Of a DNA stretch of 64,000 nt, positions 8,773-18,371 are shown piece after piece; within the stretch, counting starts at the first letter, position 1, and each line of letters begins with the position of its first letter. The translations under genes and the position numbers were made by a program. Under the pieces are notes generated by a model, which saw nothing but the letters and a program-made list of their open reading frames with translations, was not told where the DNA came from and ran no database searches. Origin of the DNA: Gemmatimonadota bacterium (lineage in GTDB: Bacteria > GCA-2686955); contig NYZA01000120.1 of NCBI GenBank assembly GCA_002686955.1, positions 1,066 to 65,065 on the forward strand. The letters run 5' to 3'.

Positions 8773-9821
8773 CGGTTGCCTTAACGAGAATGTTGGTCCT
8801 GCTGACTCCGCTCGCGGTTTTCGGCGTTGGATGCGCCTATGAGGCGCCGGAGCCCTTCGTTCAATCGCAGTGGTTGGGGGGGCGCGAGGTAGATGCGGCG
8901 ACCTTGAACGCTGGGCGGGAGGCCTACAGCTTCTACTGCTATCCTTGTCATGGAGAAAAGGGAGACGGCCGGGGGCCATCGGCGACTGGCCTGCGCACTC
9001 CCCCGCGCGATCTCCGCGCGGCGACCTTCAAGTTCGCGGGCGTGATCGACGGATTGCCGCACGACGAGGATCTGGCGAGAATCGTCAAGAACGGGCTCTC
9101 AGGAACCGCCATGCTTCCCTGGCCTGTTCCGGAGGAGGAGCTGAACGACATCATCCAGTACATCAAGACCTTTTCGCCTGAGGGCGAGGGATGGCGCGAC
9201 GAGGATTTCGAACTTGGTGAGCAGGTGCTCCCCGGTGCCGATCCATGGCAGGGGAAGAGCGAAGAAGCAGCCGTCGAGCAGGGACGGACGCTCTATCACA
9301 GTATGGTGATGTGTTACCAGTGTCACCCGGCGTACGAGACGCCGGCGCGAATCAACGAGTATCGAGCGGAGCTAGGCATGGCTCCGGTGGCCGGCTTCAG
9401 GGAATCCCTCTGGCGTCCCGCTCCGAAAGCGAGCGCGACTTTTACGCGGCCGATGCCGGGAGACCCTCCATGCTCGGAAGACGACGAGTGCGGGGGGGAT
9501 GACCAAATCTGTCGTTTCGGGCGATGTGAACAGGCCATGATGGTCTTACCCCCTGATTTCACTTTCAATGAGCTACGAGACGGTACCTCTCTTCCCGACC
9601 TGTACCGAACCATCGCTGTCGGCATTCCTGGAACGGCCATGCCCTCGTGGATCGACGGACTATCCGAAGAGGACATCTGGTCGTTGGCGCACTATGTTCA
9701 ATACCTCACCGGGCTGCGCGGGTCAGCCGAGCGCGAGAGAATAGCGGAGAGGCTCCAAATCGATACCATCTCTATCGCCATGCGTGACAAGACGGGCGAC
9801 GAGGCTCGTTCTTCCCCATGA
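8763..9821 (+). CDS. Diheme c-type cytochrome, probable lipoprotein
   Basis: CYPCH and CYQCH; two GxxGTAMP axial-Met motifs; lipobox-like FGVG-C. Confidence 0.88.
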   Translation: MDMTVALTRMLVLLTPLAVFGVGCAYEAPEPFVQSQWLGGREVDAATLNAGREAYSFYCYPCHGEKGDGRGPSATGLRTPPRDLRAATFKFAGVIDGLPHDEDLARIVKNGLSGTAMLPWPVPEEELNDIIQYIKTFSPEGEGWRDEDFELGEQVLPGADPWQGKSEEAAVEQGRTLYHSMVMCYQCHPAYETPARINEYRAELGMAPVAGFRESLWRPAPKASATFTRPMPGDPPCSEDDECGGDDQICRFGRCEQAMMVLPPDFTFNELRDGTSLPDLYRTIAVGIPGTAMPSWIDGLSEEDIWSLAHYVQYLTGLRGSAERERIAERLQIDTISIAMRDKTGDEARSSP

Positions 9822-10543
9822 GCGCGCGCGATCCGAACCTTGCCGCGGGCGTCGACGAAGCGACAGGCAGTTGCCTCACATGCGCCAAGAGAACCCATCT
9901 CTTTCTCGGACCCTTGGGTGAGAGTCGATTGCGGGATCTGGACGGCAAACGAGAGAGTCGCTTGCGCAGCGCCGGTACTTGTCTCTTCAGGCAGGGTGAG
10001 GAGGTCTCGAATGTGCACTGCATAGACAGTGCCGTGCTCAAGTTCTCGCGAAGATCTCCCGGTGGACGAGACACGATCGTCGATACCGCCGGGCAGGGCC
10101 GACTCGCCGGGCTCGTGTCGATCTTCGGCAGAGGAGATCACGCCTACTCCGCGGAAGTCGTGAGAGCGGGCAATGTCTGCACCTTCGACCGGGCCACAAT
10201 CGAGGTACTTGCGCTCGAATGCTCTCAATTCGCACGGGCGCTCTACAGAGAGCTTGCGCTGGAGCTGCACAGGGCCGCGAGCCGAATTGGACTGCTGTCC
10301 TGTTCCAAGCTGGAACCGAAGCTCGCGCTCCTTCTGCTCGATTTGGCCGAGACCAGGGATCCGTCGGAGCCGGTCATAGAAGACTTCTCTCGGCGCGACT
10401 TGGCGCAGATGTGTGGAGTCTCCACCGAGGCTCTGGTGCGTTGCCTCAGCCGGTGGAAATCCGCGGGAGTGATCGACACCGATTCCGGCGCCATCATGAT
10501 CAGAGACGGCGATCATCTCAAGGAGCTCGGACGCCAAGTCTGA
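9818..10543 (+). CDS. Crp/Fnr family transcriptional regulator
   Basis: N-terminal CLTC, cNMP-binding-like LFRQGE, C-terminal HTH SRRDLAQMCGVSTEALVRCLSRW. Confidence 0.88.
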   Translation: MSARDPNLAAGVDEATGSCLTCAKRTHLFLGPLGESRLRDLDGKRESRLRSAGTCLFRQGEEVSNVHCIDSAVLKFSRRSPGGRDTIVDTAGQGRLAGLVSIFGRGDHAYSAEVVRAGNVCTFDRATIEVLALECSQFARALYRELALELHRAASRIGLLSCSKLEPKLALLLLDLAETRDPSEPVIEDFSRRDLAQMCGVSTEALVRCLSRWKSAGVIDTDSGAIMIRDGDHLKELGRQV

Positions 10544-10549
10544 GCGGAT

Positions 10550-11554
10550 ATGTCGATGAACGAACGCACGATCGGCCCAACCGACACAATCGCCGACTTT
10601 GGGACGGAGCCAACTCTACATCGGTACGCCTGGGTTTGCGTAATCACGACCTTCTGCCTTCTGGTGTGGGGTGGCCTGGTACACGCGACAGGCTCGTCGC
10701 TCGCCTGCCCGGATTGGCCCCTCTGCTACGGCCAGGTTTTCCCCGAGATGCAGGGAGGAGTAGCAATCGAGCACGGCCACCGTCTGCTGGCCTCTCTCGT
10801 CGGCGTCTTGAGCATCGGTCTTCTCGTGCTGGTCCGGAGATCCCGTCGAGTGAAGACGATGGCCGCGACGGCAGTCTTGCTTGTGGTGGTTCAGGGCGCC
10901 CTTGGCGGGCTTACGGTGATCTTCCGCCTGCCACCGCTGGTCTCGACCGCCCATCTGGCCCTGGGGAGTGCTTTCTTCTGCCTCCTGATTGCAATCGCTC
11001 TGCGAATCCAAGACGGGAATCGGTCGCAAACGAGGCAAAGTCCGTCCCGGGGCATTGTCCGGTTGGCGTCGATCGGGACCATTCTCGTGTACGTTCAGCT
11101 GGTTGTCGGAGCGCTCGTGCGGCATACCAGCGCGGGGCTTGCGTGCAACAACCAGGTTGTTCTCTGCAACGGAGCATGGTGGCCGACGGAACCGGGCAGC
11201 GGGCCGGCGATGTTGCACATGGGACACCGTGCGCTCGGACTTCTGGTCGCTCTGTATGTGACTTGGTCGGCGGTGCGTGCGATTCGAAGTGCCAGGAGCG
11301 CCGGAAGAATCGATCTCGCGCGTCACGCCGTGGCTGGTCCGTTCCTGGTGATCGCCCAGATCGCATTGGGCATGTGGACGGTCCATTCGTTTATTGATGC
11401 TTCATTCGTAACCGCGCATCTGGCCGGCGCCGAGCTTCTTCTCGCGCAGCAGTGGACCCTGAAACTTTTGGCTCAGCGGCCGCCGCGGATTCGCGAACGG
11501 CACTCCGAGCGAGCTCATCCGGGACTCGGCGCGCCACTGGAGTCATGCGGATGA
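10550..11554 (+). CDS. ctaA: Heme A synthase (COX15/CtaA)
   Basis: GGLVHATGSSLACPDWPLC, EHGHR, TAHL, HMGHR. Confidence 0.92.
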   Translation: MSMNERTIGPTDTIADFGTEPTLHRYAWVCVITTFCLLVWGGLVHATGSSLACPDWPLCYGQVFPEMQGGVAIEHGHRLLASLVGVLSIGLLVLVRRSRRVKTMAATAVLLVVVQGALGGLTVIFRLPPLVSTAHLALGSAFFCLLIAIALRIQDGNRSQTRQSPSRGIVRLASIGTILVYVQLVVGALVRHTSAGLACNNQVVLCNGAWWPTEPGSGPAMLHMGHRALGLLVALYVTWSAVRAIRSARSAGRIDLARHAVAGPFLVIAQIALGMWTVHSFIDASFVTAHLAGAELLLAQQWTLKLLAQRPPRIRERHSERAHPGLGAPLESCG

Positions 11555-12432
11555 CTGTCACGGCTACTGGAACATCGAGAATCGATCTCGGGCGAGATAT
11601 CGCGGGGCTGGGAAAGCCGAGGATCACGGTTTTCGTGCTGATCACGACCGCGATCGGGATCTTCGTCGCTCCTCAATCGATGCCCTGGATCGCCGGCATG
11701 CTCTCGATCTGCGCTACGGGGCTCCTCGTTGCGGCCGCGAATACTCTGAATTGCTATATCGAGCGAGATACCGACGCCCGCATGGAGAGAACGCGCAAGC
11801 GCCCACTTCCCGATGGTCGAATCCCCGCGAATTGGGCTTTGGGCGTGGGCCTCATGTCGGCAGCGATCGCCGTGCCGACACTCGTTCTGGCCGCCAATCG
11901 CCTGACGGCGACCTTGGGACTGGCCGCGTTGCTGATCTATGTGCTCGCCTACACACCACTCAAGCGTGTTGGTCCTTTTGCTCTTCAGGTGGGGGCGTTC
12001 GCGGGTGCGATGCCGCCCTTGATGGGATGGGCTGCCGCCACCGGAAGGATCGGCGGCCTAGGTGCGGTTCTCTTCGCCATCCTCTTCCTCTGGCAAATGC
12101 CCCACTTCTTGGCCCTCTCTTTGCTCTACGAAGAGGATTACCGGCGAGGGGGCATAGCAACGCTCTCGGTTCGCCGCGGACCGGAGGTCGCACGGCGGAG
12201 ACTCCCGATTTGGGCGGGAGCTCTCACCATCACGAGCCTTCTTGCCCTTCCCGTCGGAGCCGCGGGACTTCTCTACGCAGTTCCCGCGTCCCTCGCGGGA
12301 CTGGGGTTCGTGGCGGTCGCGTGGGCCGCTGGACGGGAATCGAGTGCTTCCCTTTGGGCGCGGCGAGCGTTTCTGTACTCATTGGCATACTTGCCGATCG
12401 TGCTCGGCGCCCTGCTCCTGGATGCCCGGTGA
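11551..12432 (+). CDS. ctaB: Protoheme IX farnesyltransferase (heme O synthase)
   Basis: KPRIT, NCYIERDTDARMERTRKRPLPDG, YTPLKR, WQMPHF; ATGA overlap with ctaA. Confidence 0.93.
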   Translation: MTVTATGTSRIDLGRDIAGLGKPRITVFVLITTAIGIFVAPQSMPWIAGMLSICATGLLVAAANTLNCYIERDTDARMERTRKRPLPDGRIPANWALGVGLMSAAIAVPTLVLAANRLTATLGLAALLIYVLAYTPLKRVGPFALQVGAFAGAMPPLMGWAAATGRIGGLGAVLFAILFLWQMPHFLALSLLYEEDYRRGGIATLSVRRGPEVARRRLPIWAGALTITSLLALPVGAAGLLYAVPASLAGLGFVAVAWAAGRESSASLWARRAFLYSLAYLPIVLGALLLDAR

Positions 12433-12854
12433 TGGCGCAGGCCCCGAGTCTCCTATCTCAGGCCGAGGCCTTCTGGAACGCCGCTGCGCTCTGCCAGGTC
12501 GTCGGCGCCCTCTACGCGATCAACCAAGGAAAGCAGCGCCTGCATCGGGGACTCATGATGGGAGCGATCGCCGCTTCATTCCTCTTCCTCGTCTTCTATG
12601 TGATCCGACACTACGTGGAAGGTACCGTGCATTTCACCGGACCCGATGCGATTCGGCCCTTCTATCTCTTCATCCTCTCGACTCACACCGTTCTGGCGGC
12701 AGTGGCGCTGCCGATTGTGTTGCGAACCGCCTATCTGGGTGTGAAGGGGAATCACCCCAAGCACCGCCGCATCGCCCGCATCACGGTTCCTGTATGGCTA
12801 TACACCTCGATCACGGGAATAGCGATATTCGGGATGATCTACGGGCTCGATTAG
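12432..12854 (+). CDS. DUF420 family membrane protein
   Basis: HRGLM, FLVFYV, YLFILSTHTVLA, HRRIARITVPVWLYTSITG; coupled to ctaB stop. Confidence 0.85.
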   Translation: MAQAPSLLSQAEAFWNAAALCQVVGALYAINQGKQRLHRGLMMGAIAASFLFLVFYVIRHYVEGTVHFTGPDAIRPFYLFILSTHTVLAAVALPIVLRTAYLGVKGNHPKHRRIARITVPVWLYTSITGIAIFGMIYGLD

Positions 12855-12994
12855 ACCCTTTCCCTTCCGGCCGCCACCACCCCCCTCGTGAAGCGCTATA
12901 CTGAGCCGCTTCATTCTGATAGTGCCGAACCGACAGCAAGACCGAACTCGCCCGTGGGTCGGCAATCGGGCCGCAGGTCTGCAGGAGCATCCGC

Positions 12995-15256
12995 ATGAGC
13001 GCCGTCATGGCCGATATCTTCGGCCGAGCCCGCGAAGCTGGTAGGAGCTGTCTTTTCGAGCACGAGGTGTACGCTCTCCTCGCCGATCAGGGAATCGACA
13101 CACCTGCTCACGTCTTCGTCCCGATCGGATCCAGCCCCTCATCCGAGGCGATCGAGTCGATTCCTTCGCCCGATGTCGTCCTGAAGATTGTCTCTCCCGT
13201 TCTCACCCACAAGAGCGATGTCGGTGGGGTGCGCTTCGTCGAGCGCGATTCGGTTGCGGTGATGTGGGCTCTAGAGGAAATGCTCGCCGATGTCGCGGAG
13301 AGAGCTCCCGACGCAGAGATTGCCGGCACTCTGATAGCGCAACGGATTGGCTTCGACGCCGATCTTCCCGGTGCGGAGTATCTGCTGAGCTGTCGTCGTG
13401 ACGAGGCATTCGGCCCAGTGGTCGTATTTGGGATCGGCGGCTTGCTCACGGAGTGGTACGGACGGGTAACCCGTGGTGAGTCGAAGACGATTCTCGCGGC
13501 CACGGATGAGGCGGTGCTCCAAGCGGTGAGCGACATCGAGCGAACGCCGATCGGCGAAGTGGCGCTGCGGCCAGGCCGTCTGCATAGTGAGACCCCCGTA
13601 TCGGCAGAAAACCTGTCGGCGGCTCTATCCGGTTTGGCCACACTTGCCCGACGTGAGATCGATGGCATCTGTCTGCTCGAATTAGAGATCAATCCGATGG
13701 CCGCCGTCGATGGTCGCCTTGTGGCCTTGGACGGATTCGCACGCATCGGCGAGCCGGCCCAACCCGATCGTCCCCCTAGACCGATTGCTACGGTGCGGGA
13801 CCTCCTGCACCCGAGAAGCGCCGCGGTGATCGGCGCCTCGACGCGCGGCCAGAATGCCGGGCGGATCATTCTGCAGAATCTCAAGAGATCGGACGGGATC
13901 GAATATGGTCACCTCTTCGCCGTTCACGAAAAGGCACGTCGGATCGACGGAATCCACTGCTTCAAGTGCGTGGCGGATCTGCCGGAAAGAGTGGATTTGG
14001 CCGTTGTGGCACTTCCGGCCGAGGTGGCCGTCAGGGCGATCGCGGAGCTCGTCGATCTGGATAGAGCGCGCTCGATCATTCTGATTACCGGCGGGTTCGC
14101 AGAAACGGGAGACACTCGCCGCGCCAACGAGATCCGAGAGGGGATGAAGGCGGCCAGGATGCGAGATGATGGCGGGCCTGTCTTGGTGGGCGGCAATTGT
14201 CTGGGAATTGTCAGCAAGCGAGAATACAACACCTTTTTTCTCCCCTCGTACAAATTGCCTCTGAGTGACGCGCCGGGAAGCAATCTCGTCGCGATCAGCC
14301 AATCCGGCGCCTATCTCGTGTCGTTTACCAGCAACCTCGACGGGATCATTCATCCCAGGGCATCGGTGAGCTACGGCAACGAGATGGACCTTACAGCGAG
14401 CGATTTTCTAGAGTACTACCTGGAAAATGAACCCGATGTGACGGTCTTCGGTTTCTACATCGAGGGCTTTCCGCCGGGAGAGGGAGAGCGATTCGTTCGG
14501 CTGACCCGGCGAGCGACGAGGGCTGGAAAAGCAGTTGTCATCTACAAGGCCGGGCGCACGGAATACGGTGCGCGTGCCGCCGCAAGCCACACTGCCTCGA
14601 TGGTGGGAAGTTACGAGGTCGCCCAAGCACTTCTCACCGATGCAGGCGCCATCGTGACGCCGACACTGAATCGCTTCGAGGATTACACCAAGGCTCTCAC
14701 GATGCTCGATGGCCGCGCGCCCAAAGGAAAACGGGTCGCGGTCGTCACCAACGCCGGATTCGAGGCGGGCGCCGTCGGCGACCATCTATACGGTCTCGAG
14801 CTCGCGGAGTTCGAAGACGAGACGCGACGGCGGCTTTCCGAAGTGTTGCCCACCATAGCCCATTCCGGCAACCCGGTGGACACAACGCCGATGGCCGATA
14901 GTGAGGCTTTCTCATCGAGCGTGGAGATCGTCGCGAGCGATCCGGGTGTCGACATGATTATCGTCTCGGCGATTCCGGCAACGCCGACTCTCGATATTCT
15001 TGCGCCGGATCTCAGCGGGGCGCATCGCGAAAATGTGTTTGCGATGGAATCAGTCCCCGCCCGCATCATTCGTACTTTTCAATCGATCGACAAACCGATG
15101 GTCGGGGCGGTCGATTCCGGACGCCTCTATGACCCGAGTGTGCTCATGCTTCAGCGTAACGGGATTCCCGTCTATCGAAAAATCGACCGGGCCAGCAGAG
15201 CATTGGCCGCTGTTTGGTGGGTTCGAGGGTCGCGAGATGTGGCGTCGGACAACTGA
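12995..15256 (+). CDS. Acetate/acyl-CoA ligase (ADP-forming), ATP-grasp-first fusion
   Basis: N-terminal ATP-grasp (HKSDVGGV, FGPVVVFGIGG, EINP), then CoA-binding PRSAAVIGAS, GGNCLG, SQSGA and catalytic ASHTA. Confidence 0.88.
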   Translation: MSAVMADIFGRAREAGRSCLFEHEVYALLADQGIDTPAHVFVPIGSSPSSEAIESIPSPDVVLKIVSPVLTHKSDVGGVRFVERDSVAVMWALEEMLADVAERAPDAEIAGTLIAQRIGFDADLPGAEYLLSCRRDEAFGPVVVFGIGGLLTEWYGRVTRGESKTILAATDEAVLQAVSDIERTPIGEVALRPGRLHSETPVSAENLSAALSGLATLARREIDGICLLELEINPMAAVDGRLVALDGFARIGEPAQPDRPPRPIATVRDLLHPRSAAVIGASTRGQNAGRIILQNLKRSDGIEYGHLFAVHEKARRIDGIHCFKCVADLPERVDLAVVALPAEVAVRAIAELVDLDRARSIILITGGFAETGDTRRANEIREGMKAARMRDDGGPVLVGGNCLGIVSKREYNTFFLPSYKLPLSDAPGSNLVAISQSGAYLVSFTSNLDGIIHPRASVSYGNEMDLTASDFLEYYLENEPDVTVFGFYIEGFPPGEGERFVRLTRRATRAGKAVVIYKAGRTEYGARAAASHTASMVGSYEVAQALLTDAGAIVTPTLNRFEDYTKALTMLDGRAPKGKRVAVVTNAGFEAGAVGDHLYGLELAEFEDETRRRLSEVLPTIAHSGNPVDTTPMADSEAFSSSVEIVASDPGVDMIIVSAIPATPTLDILAPDLSGAHRENVFAMESVPARIIRTFQSIDKPMVGAVDSGRLYDPSVLMLQRNGIPVYRKIDRASRALAAVWWVRGSRDVASDN

Positions 15257-17034
15257 GGACGCCGTTCGACGGCAGAAACAATCTTCCGAAAGCCCGCCAG
15301 AACATAGCCGTCTGGATCGGGCTCGACGTCGGTAACCGTGCCGCTCACGTCGAATAGAAACTGTTGCACGCTCGAGCTGTCCACGATGGTCGTGAATATG
15401 TCTGGAGCCCCCGCTCGATCGAGGCGCAGGGTGATCGGCATGCGGTAGGGATTGAACCCGGTCTGGGTTTGCGTGATCACCAATTCCACCCGCGTCGAAT
15501 CGCCCGGCAGTGCCGTCAGATCGATTGCGTAGTCGTAGCGGGGTCTACCCGCCTCGTAAAGCCACGGATCGAAGAACCAATCCAGATCCTCACCTACGAC
15601 GGCAGCCGCCAGCTCAGTGAACTGGGAGGTAACCGCGGAAGCGTGGGCGTAGGTCTCGCCCCACGTTCTCAGGATCTCGATGGTTCTTTCTCGTCCCACG
15701 ATCCCCCGAAGCATATGGAGCACCCACGCGCCCTTGTCATAGACCGTGCTGTTGAAAGTGTAGTTAGGCGCATAGATCGGGCCGGAGAACGAGGGCCGAG
15801 CCGTCGCTTGCATGTAATCCAGATAGGCGGCTTCTCCCAGTAGGCCCTCGATCCAAATCGCCTCACCCCAGGTCGCGAAACCCTCGTTGAGCCAGATGTC
15901 GTCCCATGTGCCGCAAGTGACAAGATCCCCCCACCACTGGTGCGCGAGCTCATGGGCGGCGATCCAGTCGTAGTAGTGAGTTCCGGTGTAGAGGCCGGAT
16001 CCGTAACTCGTCAGCGTGGCGTGCTCCATGGCGCCACCCCATGGGAACTCGATCTGACCGTACTTCTCCTCCGCGTAAGGGTAGTCGCCCCATTCGGTCT
16101 CGAAGATCGCCAACATTCCCGGAATCGCGCTCACATCCTCTGTTGCCTCGGTGACCGTTTCCGGCCAAGTGTAGTAGGCCAGCGGCAGGGTTCCGCCGGA
16201 CAGGAGCTCGTACGAGTCCTCGATGAGCACGAAATCGGTGGCCGTGATCGCTACGAGATAAGGTGGGATCGGGTAGCCGATCGACCAGTTGTGTGTGGCG
16301 GTTCCGTTCTCGTTGTCGACGACTGATTGAAGCAGGCCGTTCGATCCAACCGTGAAGAGTGTGTCCATAGTGACCGAGATGTCGGCGGTTGCCTTGTCGT
16401 CGGGGCGGTCCTTGCACGGCCACCACGCCCGCGCCTCTTCCGGCTCCGAGAGCGTCCAGACCACCGGGGGGTTGCGATCCCAATAGATGCCGAATCCCCC
16501 GAAGCCGTCCGGGATCGGCGTTCCGTGATAGTCGACCGCGATGGTGGCGATCTGACCGGCGTGAAGGGGTGGATCGAGGGCGATCGCAAGCTGGTCCCCC
16601 ACATGATCGAAAGGCTGAGTCCCAGCGCCGTTTCTGTCCACCCCGTCCACGTTCATATTGGCGGCGAGGTCGAGCTCGATTTCGTATACCGTGGGGCCGA
16701 CCGGCTCGAAGACCACTTCGATCGTGCCGGCGACGACGCGATCGGCATCCCAGGGATCGATGTCGAGATCCAGGGCGTAGTGCAGCACATCGAAGCTTTC
16801 CTGCGAAGGGCTGGGCGGAGGACTCAGAATCGGAAGTTCGGGACGAGGAGTGAGCGGGGCGGATGCGGAACGATGCGCGTGCGCGGCGCGGACAACCCGA
16901 TGATTGTGACGGATGCGGCGCGCCCAGTCAGAGTCTGCCGGGCGGCGCGGGGTGCTTTGGGCCAGGTTGCGTGCACCGGGAAAGGCGAGAGTCGCGGGGC
17001 CGAGCATGAACGCCAGGAAGCGGTAGAATCGCAC
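15172..17034 (-). CDS. Secreted M1 family metalloaminopeptidase
   Basis: GGAMEH, HELAHQWWG...WLNEGFA zinc motif, YDKGA; signal-like N-terminus. Confidence 0.92.
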   Translation of the reverse strand: MRFYRFLAFMLGPATLAFPGARNLAQSTPRRPADSDWARRIRHNHRVVRAAHAHRSASAPLTPRPELPILSPPPSPSQESFDVLHYALDLDIDPWDADRVVAGTIEVVFEPVGPTVYEIELDLAANMNVDGVDRNGAGTQPFDHVGDQLAIALDPPLHAGQIATIAVDYHGTPIPDGFGGFGIYWDRNPPVVWTLSEPEEARAWWPCKDRPDDKATADISVTMDTLFTVGSNGLLQSVVDNENGTATHNWSIGYPIPPYLVAITATDFVLIEDSYELLSGGTLPLAYYTWPETVTEATEDVSAIPGMLAIFETEWGDYPYAEEKYGQIEFPWGGAMEHATLTSYGSGLYTGTHYYDWIAAHELAHQWWGDLVTCGTWDDIWLNEGFATWGEAIWIEGLLGEAAYLDYMQATARPSFSGPIYAPNYTFNSTVYDKGAWVLHMLRGIVGRERTIEILRTWGETYAHASAVTSQFTELAAAVVGEDLDWFFDPWLYEAGRPRYDYAIDLTALPGDSTRVELVITQTQTGFNPYRMPITLRLDRAGAPDIFTTIVDSSSVQQFLFDVSGTVTDVEPDPDGYVLAGFRKIVSAVERRPQLSDATSRDPRTHQTAANALLARSIFR

Positions 17035-17142
17035 GGGATGACTCCGGGTCGGTGTGGATCAGAGCTGACCACCCCCAGGTCAGACCCTTCCATAGTAGTC
17101 TCAAGAACTCGAGAGGGATCCCTCGACGCCGCAGGACCCCTT

Positions 17143-17171
17143 TTGACAACCCCCCCGGGCGCTGCTATATG
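17143..17171 (+). promoter_or_regulatory. Putative sigma70 promoter of the phoH operon
   Basis: TTGACA, 17-nt spacer, TGn-extended TATATG. Confidence 0.5.
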
Positions 17172-17294
17172 TACCACCATAAGGGTGGATCGACAGAGCC
17201 GCGGAGGGGGGATCGAAGGCCGAGATTCGACCGGAACGAAATGGGATCCAAGAGAACACCAGAGGGGAGCCACCCCTGACCCAGGACTACTTCT

Positions 17295-18341
17295 GTGGGT
17301 AGGAATCAGAACGCGCCGGAGCTGCAAGACGCCGCCGATTCGACGCCGCGAATCGCCCGCATACGACTGGACACCGTGCCGCCGATCGAGCTGCTCGGCA
17401 GTCGTGATATCTACCTGAAGCAGATCGATGCGGAGTTCGAGGCTCATATCTCCGCACGGGGTAACGAGATACTGGTTCAGGGCGAAGATGACGAGGTGGC
17501 GGAGGTCCATGCCGTCGTCGAACACCTCGTCGAGCTGATTTCGGCCGGGACCCCCCTTTCCCGCCAACGAGTGCGCTATGCCATCGAGATGATTCGCGAT
17601 CGCAGGGCGCCCGAGCTTTCGCGGCTAGTAGACCGCTCGGAACCTCTGCGTCCCACCGCGGGCACACGCACCGTCGTTCCCAAGACGGTGACGCAGCAGG
17701 CCTACGTCGAGGCGATCCGCTCCCATGACGTCTCTCTCGGCATCGGTCCCGCCGGCACCGGAAAGACATATTTGGCAGTGGCTTGCGCGGTCGAGGCGTT
17801 GACCCGTGGGGAAGTGGAGAGGATCATTTTGACGCGCCCGGCGGTCGAGGCCGGAGAGTCGCTGGGCTATTTGCCGGGTGATCTTCGGGACAAGGTCGAC
17901 CCCTATTTGCGCCCCCTTTACGATGCGCTGGGCGATATGATGCAGACCGATCGGGTCAATCGCCTGATGGAGAACGGAACGATCGAGGTGGTTCCCTTGG
18001 CCTACATGAGGGGGCGCACGCTCAATCGCTGCTTTATCATCCTGGACGAGGGGCAAAACGCCACGCGCTTGCAGATCAAGATGTTCCTCACGCGCCTGGG
18101 CAACCGAGCGAAGGCCGTGCTCACGGGCGACGTGACTCAGGTCGATCTCGACGATCGCAGCAAATCGGGCCTGGTTCACGCGCGCAAGATCCTCTCCGAT
18201 ATCCCTGGTATCGCCGTTGTCGAGTTCGGCGAAGCCGATGTTGTTCGTCATGCTCTGGTGCGCAAGATCCTCGGGGCGTACGATCGTGACGGACAAGGCG
18301 AGAACGCCGAGCTCTCGGGACTGACCGAGTTCGATGTTTGA
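17295..18341 (+). CDS. phoH: PhoH family ATPase (YbeZ-like)
   Basis: GPAGTGKTYLA, LTRPAVEAGESLGYLPG, PLAYMRGRT, DEGQN, GDVTQVDL. Confidence 0.93.
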   Translation: MGRNQNAPELQDAADSTPRIARIRLDTVPPIELLGSRDIYLKQIDAEFEAHISARGNEILVQGEDDEVAEVHAVVEHLVELISAGTPLSRQRVRYAIEMIRDRRAPELSRLVDRSEPLRPTAGTRTVVPKTVTQQAYVEAIRSHDVSLGIGPAGTGKTYLAVACAVEALTRGEVERIILTRPAVEAGESLGYLPGDLRDKVDPYLRPLYDALGDMMQTDRVNRLMENGTIEVVPLAYMRGRTLNRCFIILDEGQNATRLQIKMFLTRLGNRAKAVLTGDVTQVDLDDRSKSGLVHARKILSDIPGIAVVEFGEADVVRHALVRKILGAYDRDGQGENAELSGLTEFDV

Positions 18342-18371
18342 TAGATCCGGACCGGGCATGAGATACCCCGC

